DNA from: a virus
IMG/VR virus record: IMGVR_UViG_3300005991_000001
Direction: 5' to 3' (one strand)
Length of the DNA: 64,000 bases
The translations under genes were made by a program, and so were the position numbers. Below, in pieces: positions 40,446 through 49,312 of the stretch. How positions within the stretch are numbered: the stretch's first letter is position 1; the number at the start of each line of letters is the position of its first letter. Under the pieces are notes generated by a model that was not told the DNA's origin, did no database searches, and was given only the letters and a program-made list of their open reading frames with translations.

Positions 40446-40796
40446 ATGACTAAAGAACAATTTATATCCAACATAGAAGATATTAAAACCCGTAGAAAAT
40501 TACTTGAAAGCAAGTATATTAAAGACAAGAAGTCAGAGGGTTATAAATCACAAAGCAAGGCTTTGACTGATAAGAAAAATGATATTCGCAACACTTATAT
40601 TGAATCAAATAAGCCGTGTAATATTGGTGATGAAGTTACTTTTAAAGCAAGTTCTGGACGGAAAATTACAGGCTTTGTTTTGGGTTTCGGTATCTTGCAA
40701 GATAAAGGTGTTTATATTACTTCATACAAGAGTGGTAGTAATTCAAAATACATTTCAATTCCTCATGGTGAGGTGACCTTTCATATATATTATTAG
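40446..40796 (+). CDS. hypothetical protein
   Basis: 116-aa track ORF. The alternative-frame ORF 40579-40776 is judged spurious. Confidence 0.55.
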   Translation: MTKEQFISNIEDIKTRRKLLESKYIKDKKSEGYKSQSKALTDKKNDIRNTYIESNKPCNIGDEVTFKASSGRKITGFVLGFGILQDKGVYITSYKSGSNSKYISIPHGEVTFHIYY

Positions 40797-40800
40797 TATA

Positions 40801-40974
40801 ATGAGAAAAGATGAAAAAAATATAGAATCTGATGGAACAGATTCGGTAGTAGTTATGACGGATATGTTACACCGTTCATTCAACGCACTTGGATGTGATC
40901 CTATGTGTCATTGCTGCAAAAATATGATAGTAGTTAACGATAAATCCAAAATAATTCGTATCTTTGAATCGTAA
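40801..40974 (+). CDS. small Cys-containing hypothetical protein (57 aa)
   Basis: Hand translation MRKDEKNIESDGTDSVVVMTDMLHRSFNALGCDPMCHCCKNMIVVNDKSKIIRIFES. Below the track cut-off. Confidence 0.4.
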   Translation: MRKDEKNIESDGTDSVVVMTDMLHRSFNALGCDPMCHCCKNMIVVNDKSKIIRIFES

Positions 40975-41082
40975 AAATATACGCCCTGTTTTGGTTCACA
41001 GGCTTTTGCTGATCAAACCATTGTTAACGCAAAAAGATGAGGTATGTTTTTAAAACCCCACACCAAACGAGGTGTGGGAAAT

Positions 41083-41179
41083 AGCGAGGTGGCTCAGTTG
41101 GTTAGAGATTGACACGCATTCGGGTTAAGATTCGGATTAAGAGGTGTATAGGTCGGTGGTTCGAGTCCACCCCTCGCTA
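41083..41179 (+). tRNA. tRNA-like gene with aberrant 46-nt anticodon region (degenerate or non-canonical tRNA)
   Basis: 7-bp acceptor AGCGAGG/CCTCGCT, D-arm GCTC-AGTTGGTTA-GAGA, variable-loop-like AGGTC, T-arm GGTGG-TTCGAGT-CCACC. The centre holds the tandem 12-mers ATTCGGGTTAAG and ATTCGGATTAAG, and no 5-bp/7-nt anticodon arm can be drawn. Confidence 0.4.
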
Positions 41180-41196
41180 CAATCATAGAGAAGAAG

Positions 41197-41230
41197 AACC
41201 CCATTCAGAAATGCTTGGGGTTTGTTTTTA
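41197..41230 (+). terminator. intrinsic terminator after the tRNA-like gene
   Basis: AACCCCA (41197-41203) / TGGGGTT (41216-41222) continuing into TTTGTTTTT. Confidence 0.65.
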
Positions 41231-41245
41231 TATCAAAAATATAGT

Positions 41246-41253
41246 TATATTTG
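41246..41253 (+). promoter_or_regulatory. candidate -7 box
   Basis: TATATTTG, 35 nt upstream of the ATG at 41288. Confidence 0.45.
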
Positions 41254-41287
41254 AGTTCAAATTATTATTAACAAAAAATTATTTATT

Positions 41288-41524
41288 ATGTCACAAACTT
41301 TAGGACAGATTAGGGTAAAAGCAGAATTTAATCCTGCAAAAAATGATTTAGTTGACCAATTAAAAAACAAATCAGCCGAATTGATCGATTTAATTGAAAC
41401 AATGCGAGGCGCAGGAAGTCAAGAGGAAAAGGTAAGCGGTGAAAAGCATCGATTAATTGCTATTTCTCAAACTGAAATTGAAACGGCTTGTATGTATGCT
41501 GTAAAAGCTTGTTTCACTAATTAA
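41288..41524 (+). CDS. small alpha-helical phage protein
   Basis: 78 aa. The C-terminal ...RLIAISQTEIETACMYAVKACF resembles, from memory, a widespread small phage family ending in T-x-x-E-x-A-x-M-W/Y-A-x-K-A. Family name not recalled. Confidence 0.6.
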   Translation: MSQTLGQIRVKAEFNPAKNDLVDQLKNKSAELIDLIETMRGAGSQEEKVSGEKHRLIAISQTEIETACMYAVKACFTN

Positions 41525-41545
41525 AATAATTAGTATATTTACACC

Positions 41546-41902
41546 ATGAAACAATTGTTAATCGCTTTATTGTGCATGGTATCATTTACCATTTGCAACG
41601 CAGGGCTTGCGAATATCCCTACGGCAGAAAACAAGGTTTTTGTAGATCAAATCGATGCGCCCGAAATGGTTATTGATATGGTTGCAGAAAGCCAATTTGC
41701 AGACAATGAGAAGTTGATAACTCTGAATTATCAGGCAACTAATATTGTTGATACAACCGAATTAAGTTTAATTGAATCTCCTAATATTTTAGGATCGATT
41801 AAATTATATTCAAAAAACATTCTCAAAAAAACATCTAACCTTGGTAATTATCTAATAAAGCCTGGTTGGCGAAGTTCTAATAAAAACATTCAGATTAACT
41901 AA
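41546..41902 (+). CDS. secreted or lipoprotein-like protein
   Basis: 118 aa. N-terminal signal-like MKQLLIALLCMVSFTICNAG with Cys after the hydrophobic core. Confidence 0.6.
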   Translation: MKQLLIALLCMVSFTICNAGLANIPTAENKVFVDQIDAPEMVIDMVAESQFADNEKLITLNYQATNIVDTTELSLIESPNILGSIKLYSKNILKKTSNLGNYLIKPGWRSSNKNIQIN

Positions 41903-41921
41903 TAAAACCCTGAAATATTTT

Positions 41922-41957
41922 AAACCCCGATTTAGCCAACTTTATCGGGGTTTTTTT
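41922..41957 (+). terminator. strong intrinsic terminator
   Basis: AAACCCCGAT (41922-41931) / ATCGGGGTTT (41944-41953) running into TTTTTTT. Confidence 0.85.
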
Positions 41958-42006
41958 GTGGAATATAATTTATTCGCTATAATGTTTAGCATATAGAAAT
42001 TAATTG

Positions 42007-42014
42007 TATTTTTG
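42007..42014 (+). promoter_or_regulatory. candidate -7 box
   Basis: TATTTTTG, 23 nt upstream of the ATG at 42037. Confidence 0.45.
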
Positions 42015-42036
42015 CTTAAATTAATTAAATAGAATT

Positions 42037-42315
42037 ATGGCTATATACGAAGGCTTTATCGAAGAAATTTTTCAAGAAAAAGAAATTGGAAATAACGGTT
42101 TTAAAAAAAGAGATGTTGCAATTAGAGAGAACTCACCAAACTATCCGCAAGTACGGTTGTTTTCGCTTACAAAAGAAAAGTGCCTAATCTTAAACAACTA
42201 TGCTGTTGGCGATCAGGTAAGAGTAGAGTTCAATATGAATGGGTTTAAAAAAGAATCCTCTACAGGAAACAAATATTATAATTCAGACGATATTTGGAAG
42301 ATAGAAAAAATCTAA
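42037..42315 (+). CDS. DUF3127-like OB-fold protein
   Basis: 92 aa. The architecture (G-x-I..., ...YPQ..., ...VGD-x-V-x-V-x-F, C-terminal W-K-I-E) matches my recollection of DUF3127 proteins common in Bacteroidota and their phages. Confidence 0.55.
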   Translation: MAIYEGFIEEIFQEKEIGNNGFKKRDVAIRENSPNYPQVRLFSLTKEKCLILNNYAVGDQVRVEFNMNGFKKESSTGNKYYNSDDIWKIEKI

Positions 42316-42318
42316 CTA

Positions 42319-42849
42319 ATGCCAAAATGTAAAAACTGTAAGGAAATTTTTGTGGCTATTAAGTCAGAAAATTATTGTCTTAAATCTGTATGCTTATCAA
42401 TTTGGGTAGAGAAAGAAAAAGAAGCTGATTGGAAAAAGCGAAAAGCTAATATGAAAGAGGACTTAATGACAATTGATGATTATTTGAAACTGGCTCAAAA
42501 ATTGTTTAATGAAATTATCAGGATTAGAGATAAGAATAAAGGATGTATTTCGTGTAAAAATCCTCCAAAAAAATTCAACGCTGGACATTATCATAATTCA
42601 AAAAACCACCCAAATATAAGGTTTGATTTAGAGAATGTGCATGGTCAATGTGAATACTGCAACACGTCATTAAGTGGAAATCTCATTAACTATCGAAAAG
42701 GACTTGTTGAAAAAATAGGAGAACAGGCGGTTTTTGATCTTGACGAACGGGCTATTTTTAAGAGGGTTTTTACAAAGGAGGAATTGAAACAAATGATAAT
42801 TGATTTTAGAATACAAATTAAAGAATTGAAATTATGGCAAGAAAAATGA
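42319..42849 (+). CDS. ninG: NinG/Rap-like recombination protein
   Basis: N-terminal CKNCKE, then CISCKN...GHYHNSKNHPNIRFDLENVHGQCEYCN, the NinG family signature. Confidence 0.75.
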   Translation: MPKCKNCKEIFVAIKSENYCLKSVCLSIWVEKEKEADWKKRKANMKEDLMTIDDYLKLAQKLFNEIIRIRDKNKGCISCKNPPKKFNAGHYHNSKNHPNIRFDLENVHGQCEYCNTSLSGNLINYRKGLVEKIGEQAVFDLDERAIFKRVFTKEELKQMIIDFRIQIKELKLWQEK

Positions 42850-43064
42850 AACCATATTCAATGTTTTCTGATAGTGTTAGCGGTAAAAGAACCCGTTTGG
42901 TTCACATAGATCAATTCAGTCAGGATGGATTCGGTGTAGATCATTTTAATAATGCAAAAAGAATTCGTTCTTTACGGAAACAAATGAGAGTTTTACGGAA
43001 TAAAGAAAAATCTTCTGCAAGACAGAGAATGAAACAACAATTGAAATTTGAACTACACAAATAA
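42834..43064 (+). CDS. small basic hypothetical protein
   Basis: 76-aa track ORF, R/K-rich. Confidence 0.5.
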   Translation: MARKMKPYSMFSDSVSGKRTRLVHIDQFSQDGFGVDHFNNAKRIRSLRKQMRVLRNKEKSSARQRMKQQLKFELHK

Positions 43065-43455
43065 CATATTTATTAAGCAAAACCTAATGTGTAACAACGC
43101 AATAGGTGATCCTGAATTTATCGGAAACTTTACTCTTGACGATTGGAAATACAACATTCATCTTCATGTGAAAAAATCGAAAAGCGGTTTAAATTATTTA
43201 TCAGGGCATTTTATTTATGGGGCAAATAAGCATGGTGAAATAGTTTTGTTTGAAAATAAACTAAAGGAAAAAAAGACGGATTGTGATTTTTCTGGAAAAG
43301 GAAAAATTAAAGGAAAAGAATTTAAAGTAGTTGTTTGGCAACGCAAATTTGTTGAAAAAAAAGGCGCACCATTAAGCGGTAAGATCACTTTTATTGAGCA
43401 ACGAATAAAAAAAATAGAATCATTCATTGAAAAAATAAGTTCGCAATATGGTTAA
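43048..43455 (+). CDS. hypothetical protein
   Basis: 135-aa track ORF. Confidence 0.55.
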   Translation: MNYTNNIFIKQNLMCNNAIGDPEFIGNFTLDDWKYNIHLHVKKSKSGLNYLSGHFIYGANKHGEIVLFENKLKEKKTDCDFSGKGKIKGKEFKVVVWQRKFVEKKGAPLSGKITFIEQRIKKIESFIEKISSQYG

Positions 43456-43954
43456 TATATGTGTCTTCATGGGTAGAATATCCAAAGAACCAAGGGCTGT
43501 TATTATACCTCAAAAAGACGATAATGGGGTTGAGTTTAATATGGAATATGTTTATATTGATATTGAGTTGTCGGAGCATTATTATAACGAAATTCAACAG
43601 ACATCAAGAAAAGATATACACATAATAACAGTTCGATTCAACAACCCAAAACAGATAGGTATTGCCAAGAGGTTTCGAGTCGGACACCCTTTACACGTTA
43701 TCTCAAAAGTTCGCACTTATAATAAATGTGACGTAAATCAGATTTGGCAAAAAGAGCACGTATTTGATGTGGGCTTATATCGCTTTTTTGATGATTTCAG
43801 GCATTTATCAAAAACAGCGTCAACCTTTGATAGAACGACACGAGGAATGTTAATCGAGTGTATAGAGGATGCTTTAGGTAAAAAAGACTGGAGCATTGTT
43901 AAATCGTGCTTATCTATTCTTAAAAACATAACAGAAGACAATGGAGGATTTTGA
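43448..43954 (+). CDS. SSB-like OB-fold protein (putative)
   Basis: The N-terminus VNICVFMGRISKEPR resembles the SSB N-x-V-x-L-x-G-R-L-x-x-D-P motif. The rest diverges. Confidence 0.45.
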   Translation: MVNICVFMGRISKEPRAVIIPQKDDNGVEFNMEYVYIDIELSEHYYNEIQQTSRKDIHIITVRFNNPKQIGIAKRFRVGHPLHVISKVRTYNKCDVNQIWQKEHVFDVGLYRFFDDFRHLSKTASTFDRTTRGMLIECIEDALGKKDWSIVKSCLSILKNITEDNGGF

Positions 43955-44174
43955 AGCTGAATTTACACGCAAGGACATTGGTGAAATAATTGAATCTGTA
44001 AGAATCAAAATGAGGCTCAATATGGATGCTTTTTCTAGCCACCTAGGTATTACAATGGCTCAATTAACAATGGCTGAATCAGGGGGCAGAAACGCCTATG
44101 AGATTATTGAAAAAATGACATCAAACAATCATATAGCAAAGAATTTTAGTATTAAAATTTTACTTCAAAAGTAG
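43941..44174 (+). CDS. XRE-like HTH protein
   Basis: IRMKLNMDAFSSHLGITMAQLTMAESGGR-type HTH segment (77 aa). Confidence 0.6.
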   Translation: MEDFEAEFTRKDIGEIIESVRIKMRLNMDAFSSHLGITMAQLTMAESGGRNAYEIIEKMTSNNHIAKNFSIKILLQK

Positions 44175-44200
44175 ATGTATCTTTACAGTAAAAAAATAAC

Positions 44201-44527
44201 ATGGTACATATAGCAAACGGTTCTACTGTAAACGCAGGATGGACAAAACACATAGCGATTTCAAATGATGGTGTAAATTGGAATGCAATTCATAAAGAAA
44301 ACCTACTTGTTTCTCAAAGGCAAGTCAATACAAGTAAGGGAAGATATAATTCTACTGAATTTGTAAAAAACGGTCATTGGATAGTGACTATTAAGGACAA
44401 TGAGGAAAATATTATCCTAAGTTTCGATCCAAATACCGACATTGCAAATCAAGCGGGATGGACGGGTAATACGGCTGCAAAAGCACAAACAGCGGTTTTG
44501 GATATTACTGTTTGGTTAGGGTCTTAG
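44201..44527 (+). CDS. hypothetical protein, last gene of the plus block
   Basis: 108-aa track ORF, convergent with the minus-strand late genes. Confidence 0.55.
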   Translation: MVHIANGSTVNAGWTKHIAISNDGVNWNAIHKENLLVSQRQVNTSKGRYNSTEFVKNGHWIVTIKDNEENIILSFDPNTDIANQAGWTGNTAAKAQTAVLDITVWLGS

Positions 44528-44532
44528 TTTTT

Positions 44533-44817
44533 TTATTTGAAAAACATTCTTTTTTTATCAGCACGGTTTTTCGATTGACTTTGGGAAATCGTTTTTGTTT
44601 TGGAAGTGTGTGCCATATCTTTATGGTCGTGGTTTCCTGCCGTTCCATTCTTTCGGTTTATAACCCCTAAAATAGCCCTATATTTCCTGCGAGAAGGTGT
44701 GCTATGATACTTGGTGTCATATTCTTTTTTCTTCTCCCTTGCTTCAGTATTGTTTTGGTAATACTTTGCGGAATCCGACTTACCAAATTTTGTGCCTGCT
44801 AATTTATTTCGTGCCAT
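44533..44817 (-). CDS. small highly basic protein
   Basis: 94 aa, K/R-rich throughout. Confidence 0.55.
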   Translation of the reverse strand: MARNKLAGTKFGKSDSAKYYQNNTEAREKKKEYDTKYHSTPSRRKYRAILGVINRKNGTAGNHDHKDMAHTSKTKTISQSQSKNRADKKRMFFK

Positions 44818-44847
44818 TGTGTTTATTTTTAAAAGTCATAATAAATA

Positions 44848-45168
44848 TCAATCTTCTTTTCTTCTTTGAAACTTACTTTTAAAAAAATCGATAGCTAATG
44901 AAATTCCTTTTATGCCAAGATTTCCAGTAATAAAAGCAAAGAATCCATGAGCCTCAATAGTCATATCAAACTTACCTCCGAAGCTTACTATATAACAAAA
45001 GAATGGAGTTAGAAATGCGGCACACAAAGCCCCTGTTGTAGTTGCTGCGAATTTTTGATACCTAGACAAGTCCGAAGAATTTAATGCAACCGTCCACCCT
45101 CCTAGTGCTCCAATAATACAATACATTAATAAAGACTTTATGTACTCGTATGTTTCGTATTTTTCCAT
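44848..45168 (-). CDS. holin-like membrane protein
   Basis: 106 aa with about three hydrophobic helices and a charged tail (KSKFQRRKED). Confidence 0.5.
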   Translation of the reverse strand: MEKYETYEYIKSLLMYCIIGALGGWTVALNSSDLSRYQKFAATTTGALCAAFLTPFFCYIVSFGGKFDMTIEAHGFFAFITGNLGIKGISLAIDFFKSKFQRRKED

Positions 45169-45473
45169 GTTTTGTAGAGTTTTAAGGCAGTATAACCAAA
45201 CACAAATATAAATTCGTTTATTGAAACCCTTGTGGGGTCAAAAAATAATTCATCCGCCATATTATTTATTGAGAAAAGAAGAAATATTTCTGTTATAACT
45301 ACTGATATTTTGTTGTCAGAGTGTTTGTTTTGCTTGAAAATAAGCCATGCACACCCTAATATAATTGATGCTTGACCTACGTAGTAGATGTTTACTCCTA
45401 ATAATTGCCAGGCGTTATAAGAAACAACCCAAACAAAAAACGAGGCTAAAAATATTTTAAAATCAAATCCCAT
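45138..45473 (-). CDS. multi-pass membrane protein
   Basis: 111 aa with three to four hydrophobic helices. Overlaps the holin-like gene. Confidence 0.5.
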   Translation of the reverse strand: MGFDFKIFLASFFVWVVSYNAWQLLGVNIYYVGQASIILGCAWLIFKQNKHSDNKISVVITEIFLLFSINNMADELFFDPTRVSINEFIFVFGYTALKLYKTWKNTKHTST

Positions 45474-45485
45474 AACAACGAAAAA

Positions 45486-45806
45486 TTAACGACCTCGATC
45501 ATTCGGTCTCCCTCCTACTCCATCTTCAAGTAATGCGATCAATGTAGCCTTAGCTGTTGAACTCATGGCTGTCGTTGCTTCAATCGCATTAAATAAAGGA
45601 TTTGTATTGTCTAACACAAATTCGATTGATTCAATTTCAAGTGAATTTACAAAATCGGTTAATTCTGTATCCGTCAATTCATTGTTAAGCGATTCAAACG
45701 CTCCAACAAGTAAATTAGTTCTGCCAACACTTATTGATGTCAACTCCATTTCTTCAGACGTTTTATCCCGAAGATTGGCTTTTAGTTCTTTGATTCGATT
45801 ATTCAT
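45486..45806 (-). CDS. hypothetical late protein
   Basis: 106-aa track ORF. Confidence 0.55.
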   Translation of the reverse strand: MNNRIKELKANLRDKTSEEMELTSISVGRTNLLVGAFESLNNELTDTELTDFVNSLEIESIEFVLDNTNPLFNAIEATTAMSSTAKATLIALLEDGVGGRPNDRGR

Positions 45807-46060
45807 TATTTCTTAACTTTTTGTGCATGAAACACAACCTTACTAATTAAAGCGATTGTTAATGAGTGCAATAGCATTTCGATCTCAATATCATTGCTAA
45901 ACGTTGTTCTGTTCACAACCTCAATTAATGATGCTCCGATTGCTGAAAAAATAATACTCTTTCTATCGTTTTTTGGAGTTTCCGAGACTAGGCGACTCCA
46001 AAAGTTTTTTAATTGTTTCATAATACAAATATATGATTTAAAATTAATTAATTGTTTCAA
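45806..46060 (-). CDS. hypothetical late protein
   Basis: 84-aa track ORF. A second MKQL start at 46021 would remove the overlap with the upstream gene. Confidence 0.5.
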   Translation of the reverse strand: MKQLINFKSYICIMKQLKNFWSRLVSETPKNDRKSIIFSAIGASLIEVVNRTTFSNDIEIEMLLHSLTIALISKVVFHAQKVKK

Positions 46061-46379
46061 ATGTTTTTTCCATACCTACCCAATCGACATAATACAATGT
46101 ATTTTCATCTTGTAAGTCGGTGTATTCAGCTTTTCTAGCATACCACTTTATAGTTGAAACTGTTTTAGTTTCTTGATAATCGAAAATTTCTTCAACCGCT
46201 AGATTTGAGTAAATACCGTTTTCGTAATTTAAGTAATATTCAACTTTTTCCGCTTGATCGTTAATATTTGGTGGAATTCTTTTTGTAAATAATCCTAGTT
46301 TTCTAAAATTTACTCGGCTTGGATCGGCAGGGCTTCCAATACATAAAAAATATCCGTTGTTAATAATTGCTATTTCCAT
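46044..46379 (-). CDS. hypothetical late protein
   Basis: 111-aa track ORF. Confidence 0.55.
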   Translation of the reverse strand: MEIAIINNGYFLCIGSPADPSRVNFRKLGLFTKRIPPNINDQAEKVEYYLNYENGIYSNLAVEEIFDYQETKTVSTIKWYARKAEYTDLQDENTLYYVDWVGMEKTFETIN

Positions 46380-46840
46380 TATTTATTATATTTAATATGC
46401 AACGGAAAATATCTAACCGATCCATTGTTAGTTGTTTCAAAATACAAGACACAAACAATTTGATCTAAAGTTGCCCATGTACCACCGATTGTTACATCGA
46501 ATGTTTGATATGTGTTTAATGATGTTGGACTGACTGATGTGCTTGATATTAATGTTCCTGATATATTGTAGAATCTCATTTCGAGTGTTGTCACAGCAAT
46601 ACTTCTATACGTTCTAACTCTTACTCCTAATGTAGGAAACGATGCAAAGTCTAAAGGTATCGGAAAAAAATTACGTATATCTCCTGATTTCGTTCCCCCA
46701 CCTGATGAAGTTAAAACAAATTCGATGATTGGATCGGAAAAAAGAAGTGTTATCGATGTTCCTGCTATACCTCTACCATATATTTCTGAGAACGGAATAG
46801 TGCCGTCTTTCTGAAATAATATTGAATTATTCTTTGCCAT
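46379..46840 (-). CDS. hypothetical tail-module protein
   Basis: 153-aa track ORF, translationally coupled on both sides. Confidence 0.55.
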   Translation of the reverse strand: MAKNNSILFQKDGTIPFSEIYGRGIAGTSITLLFSDPIIEFVLTSSGGGTKSGDIRNFFPIPLDFASFPTLGVRVRTYRSIAVTTLEMRFYNISGTLISSTSVSPTSLNTYQTFDVTIGGTWATLDQIVCVLYFETTNNGSVRYFPLHIKYNK

Positions 46841-47730
46841 TATAATTCCGTTACTTGTACATTAGATGTTGATGCTGATGTGATAGCTGTTACAATTCCT
46901 GTATAATTTGCAACCGTATATCCTTGACCTGACGGAATTATAATAGTGTAATCTGTTACGGACGCTGTTGATCCGTATTTCACATAAATAGGCTGGTTTC
47001 CTTCGTTAAAAATAATTAATGTAATCCGTGATGAATTAGAAGTTTTTAATGTGGTTGATGCGTTTGTTACCGAAACCCTTGATATAGATGCTGTCGACTG
47101 TTGTGGTTCATTACTTGTAACCGTCCATGTTCCTGATTGTGTTACCGCATGAGTTGGAACATAAGATAGTGATACAAGCTGTATGTCAGCAGGTTTTGTT
47201 CTTGTGCTTAAAAGAACATCAATATTATCCGTTTTAGCTTTAATTAAAGCTAATGTAGCCTCTGTACTTGCTCCTGATGGTAAAGGTAAAGATGATGCGC
47301 TTACAGGTTGTGTAGCTTGATAAAAAGTTCCTGTTACAGAAACTGGATTTGTAATCGTATCAACCGCTGTAACCTTTGCTAATGTATCAGCAGGTTTAAG
47401 AAGTGTGTTAATCGAAGCATTTACTGTTCCAAGCCCTGCGTAAATATTACTTAATGTTATGGATTGTGTTTGTTGCTCTAACAACGTACTAGCCCCTGTT
47501 GGAAGCGGTAAACTCGCAACTGATACTGGTTGAGTTTCCGATAAATCAGCCTTTAATTGTAATTCGATAAGTAAATTATTTAAAGCCGTTATTTGGGTGT
47601 CTTGCTTTACTTTTACCTCGTCAATTTTAGTGTTCGTTGTTTGGGCTTCGGTTATTTGAATATCTTGCTTAGCCTCGGTAGCTGTACCTGATGCTAAAAC
47701 ATTGTTTCCTATTTTTATAACATCCCCCAT
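46840..47730 (-). CDS. tail-fibre-like protein with internal repeat
   Basis: 296 aa. QPVSVASLPLPTGAST... and QPVSASSLPLPSGASTEATL... repeat units. T/S/V-rich C-terminus. Confidence 0.55.
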   Translation of the reverse strand: MGDVIKIGNNVLASGTATEAKQDIQITEAQTTNTKIDEVKVKQDTQITALNNLLIELQLKADLSETQPVSVASLPLPTGASTLLEQQTQSITLSNIYAGLGTVNASINTLLKPADTLAKVTAVDTITNPVSVTGTFYQATQPVSASSLPLPSGASTEATLALIKAKTDNIDVLLSTRTKPADIQLVSLSYVPTHAVTQSGTWTVTSNEPQQSTASISRVSVTNASTTLKTSNSSRITLIIFNEGNQPIYVKYGSTASVTDYTIIIPSGQGYTVANYTGIVTAITSASTSNVQVTEL

Positions 47731-48059
47731 TATAAAGAAACGTAAAAATAAATTGAACCTGAACTTGCTGATGCGGTAATTTTAAAGCGCATGAATCGGA
47801 ATCTGTACGGGATATAAAACTCTATCGAATCATCATAAGCGACATTAGTAGATTCCACGCTATAATCAAACCAATTGATTTTGTCGCTTGAACATTGTAA
47901 AGTATATGTTGGGCTTCCTGTAATACTTATTACGCCTGATGTAATAGTTATTCTATCGTTTAATGGGATTTCCTTTGTTTCAGAAAACCCATTAACAGCA
48001 ACACTTACTGGTTGAAATTTTATATTAGTGTAAACACTCATTTTAAACTGGAACTTCAA
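47730..48059 (-). CDS. hypothetical tail-module protein
   Basis: 109-aa track ORF, coupled to the fibre-like genes. Confidence 0.55.
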   Translation of the reverse strand: MKFQFKMSVYTNIKFQPVSVAVNGFSETKEIPLNDRITITSGVISITGSPTYTLQCSSDKINWFDYSVESTNVAYDDSIEFYIPYRFRFMRFKITASASSGSIYFYVSL

Positions 48060-48735
48060 TTAAAAGGCTCATGTTTGAAACAATGTTATTTGAAACAGAC
48101 CCCGTGTCGTCTTTAGTTGTTAAGCGAAGTGTATTGTCGTTTAATACCGAAAAAGTACAGTTATGTATTCCACTATAATTGTTTGAAAACTGAATAAAAA
48201 CCATTGTTGGATCAACGAATTTACCTGTAGCTGTATAATCAAAATTACCAACTGAAACATAACTCCATGCACCCGAAAGTTCATCAATAATACCGCCACC
48301 TGACTCTGTTGGGGCATTAGTAGATGTTTGATTTATATTAGATTTATACCTTTGAGTTACAGGCAAAATAACACCCTCTAATATGGCTACACGATTAGTT
48401 AAAGCGGCTAAAGCAGATTCTAATGTATCAATATCTTCTTGTGCTGAAATTAAACCTGATTTGGTGGCGGTACATAAAGCCAGTATCGCTGTTACAATTT
48501 GCTGATAACCATACGTTCCTGCACTCAATCCAATTGGGTTCGGCTCAATAAGTGTAAACACAAATTCAGAAATCCCACTAATTTGTTGATCAATGTAAGC
48601 CTCAATTAAAAGCATGACATCGTTTAAATCCGCACCTTCTGGAACAACAATATTATTAAATTCTCCGTTAAACCCAATATCAGAAGTATTTATCGCCTCT
48701 AAACAATCTTTGCATCCGCAATTTTTATCACACAT
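48043..48735 (-). CDS. tail-fibre-like protein
   Basis: 230 aa. N-terminal Cys cluster and a helical LESALAALTNRVAILEG segment. Confidence 0.5.
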   Translation of the reverse strand: MCDKNCGCKDCLEAINTSDIGFNGEFNNIVVPEGADLNDVMLLIEAYIDQQISGISEFVFTLIEPNPIGLSAGTYGYQQIVTAILALCTATKSGLISAQEDIDTLESALAALTNRVAILEGVILPVTQRYKSNINQTSTNAPTESGGGIIDELSGAWSYVSVGNFDYTATGKFVDPTMVFIQFSNNYSGIHNCTFSVLNDNTLRLTTKDDTGSVSNNIVSNMSLLIEVPV

Positions 48736-48748
48736 AATTTCTTAGTTT

Positions 48749-49312
48749 TTAATCTAGGTTTAATCTAATTACAGGAATACTATCTAAAGCAATTTGAACT
48801 GATGCGTTTGCGCCCTCATACCAAAACCAAAAGTTTTCAGATAAACTCCCTGGTGCCGTTCCTGATGCCCCTGAAACTTTACACAAAGTAAACAAAGCCA
48901 CTTCTGAATTTGTTAAATCATACCCTGTTACATATCCGCTTTTAGCAGCGAGTCCGTCAACTGTGGCGGTAGAAGGTATGTTTGGTATCAAAAAAGGAAT
49001 ATGCCTTGATGCCGTTCCTGAATTTGCATCAACCGTATTTTCAATGACTCCACGAAGATATAATAATTGCTTAGTCATATCAATAGCGTATTCAGCTGTT
49101 TTCCCTGCGGTAACCCCCCAATTTGTTGTTAATAATGGGGATAAATCCTCCCAAGTCAAAGATTCATCTACCCCAGGATCCCCCTGTTCGCCTTTAAGAG
49201 TTAAAAGCCATTCCGCCTCCGTTCCTTCATAAAAGTTATTCAAAGCCACTTGGTACGCTGAATATCCTTGTTTTCCCCTTAATCCTTTACACGTGTTACA
49301 CATATCTAACAA
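48749..49312 (-). CDS. tail-fibre-like protein with short collagen-like triplets
   Basis: KGLRGKQGYSAYQVALNNFYEGTEAEWLLTLKGEQGDPG matches the common fibre N-terminal pattern (G-x-y triplets, SAY..A...GF.GTE.EWL.SLKG). Confidence 0.6.
   Translation of the reverse strand: MLDMCNTCKGLRGKQGYSAYQVALNNFYEGTEAEWLLTLKGEQGDPGVDESLTWEDLSPLLTTNWGVTAGKTAEYAIDMTKQLLYLRGVIENTVDANSGTASRHIPFLIPNIPSTATVDGLAAKSGYVTGYDLTNSEVALFTLCKVSGASGTAPGSLSENFWFWYEGANASVQIALDSIPVIRLNLD

Noticed and set aside
41109-41303. 64-aa plus-strand ORF (MTRIRVKIRIKRCIGRWFEST...)
   Set aside because: It is the translation of the tRNA-like element, its terminator and the next promoter. The repetitive R/I/K composition comes from the 12-nt duplication.
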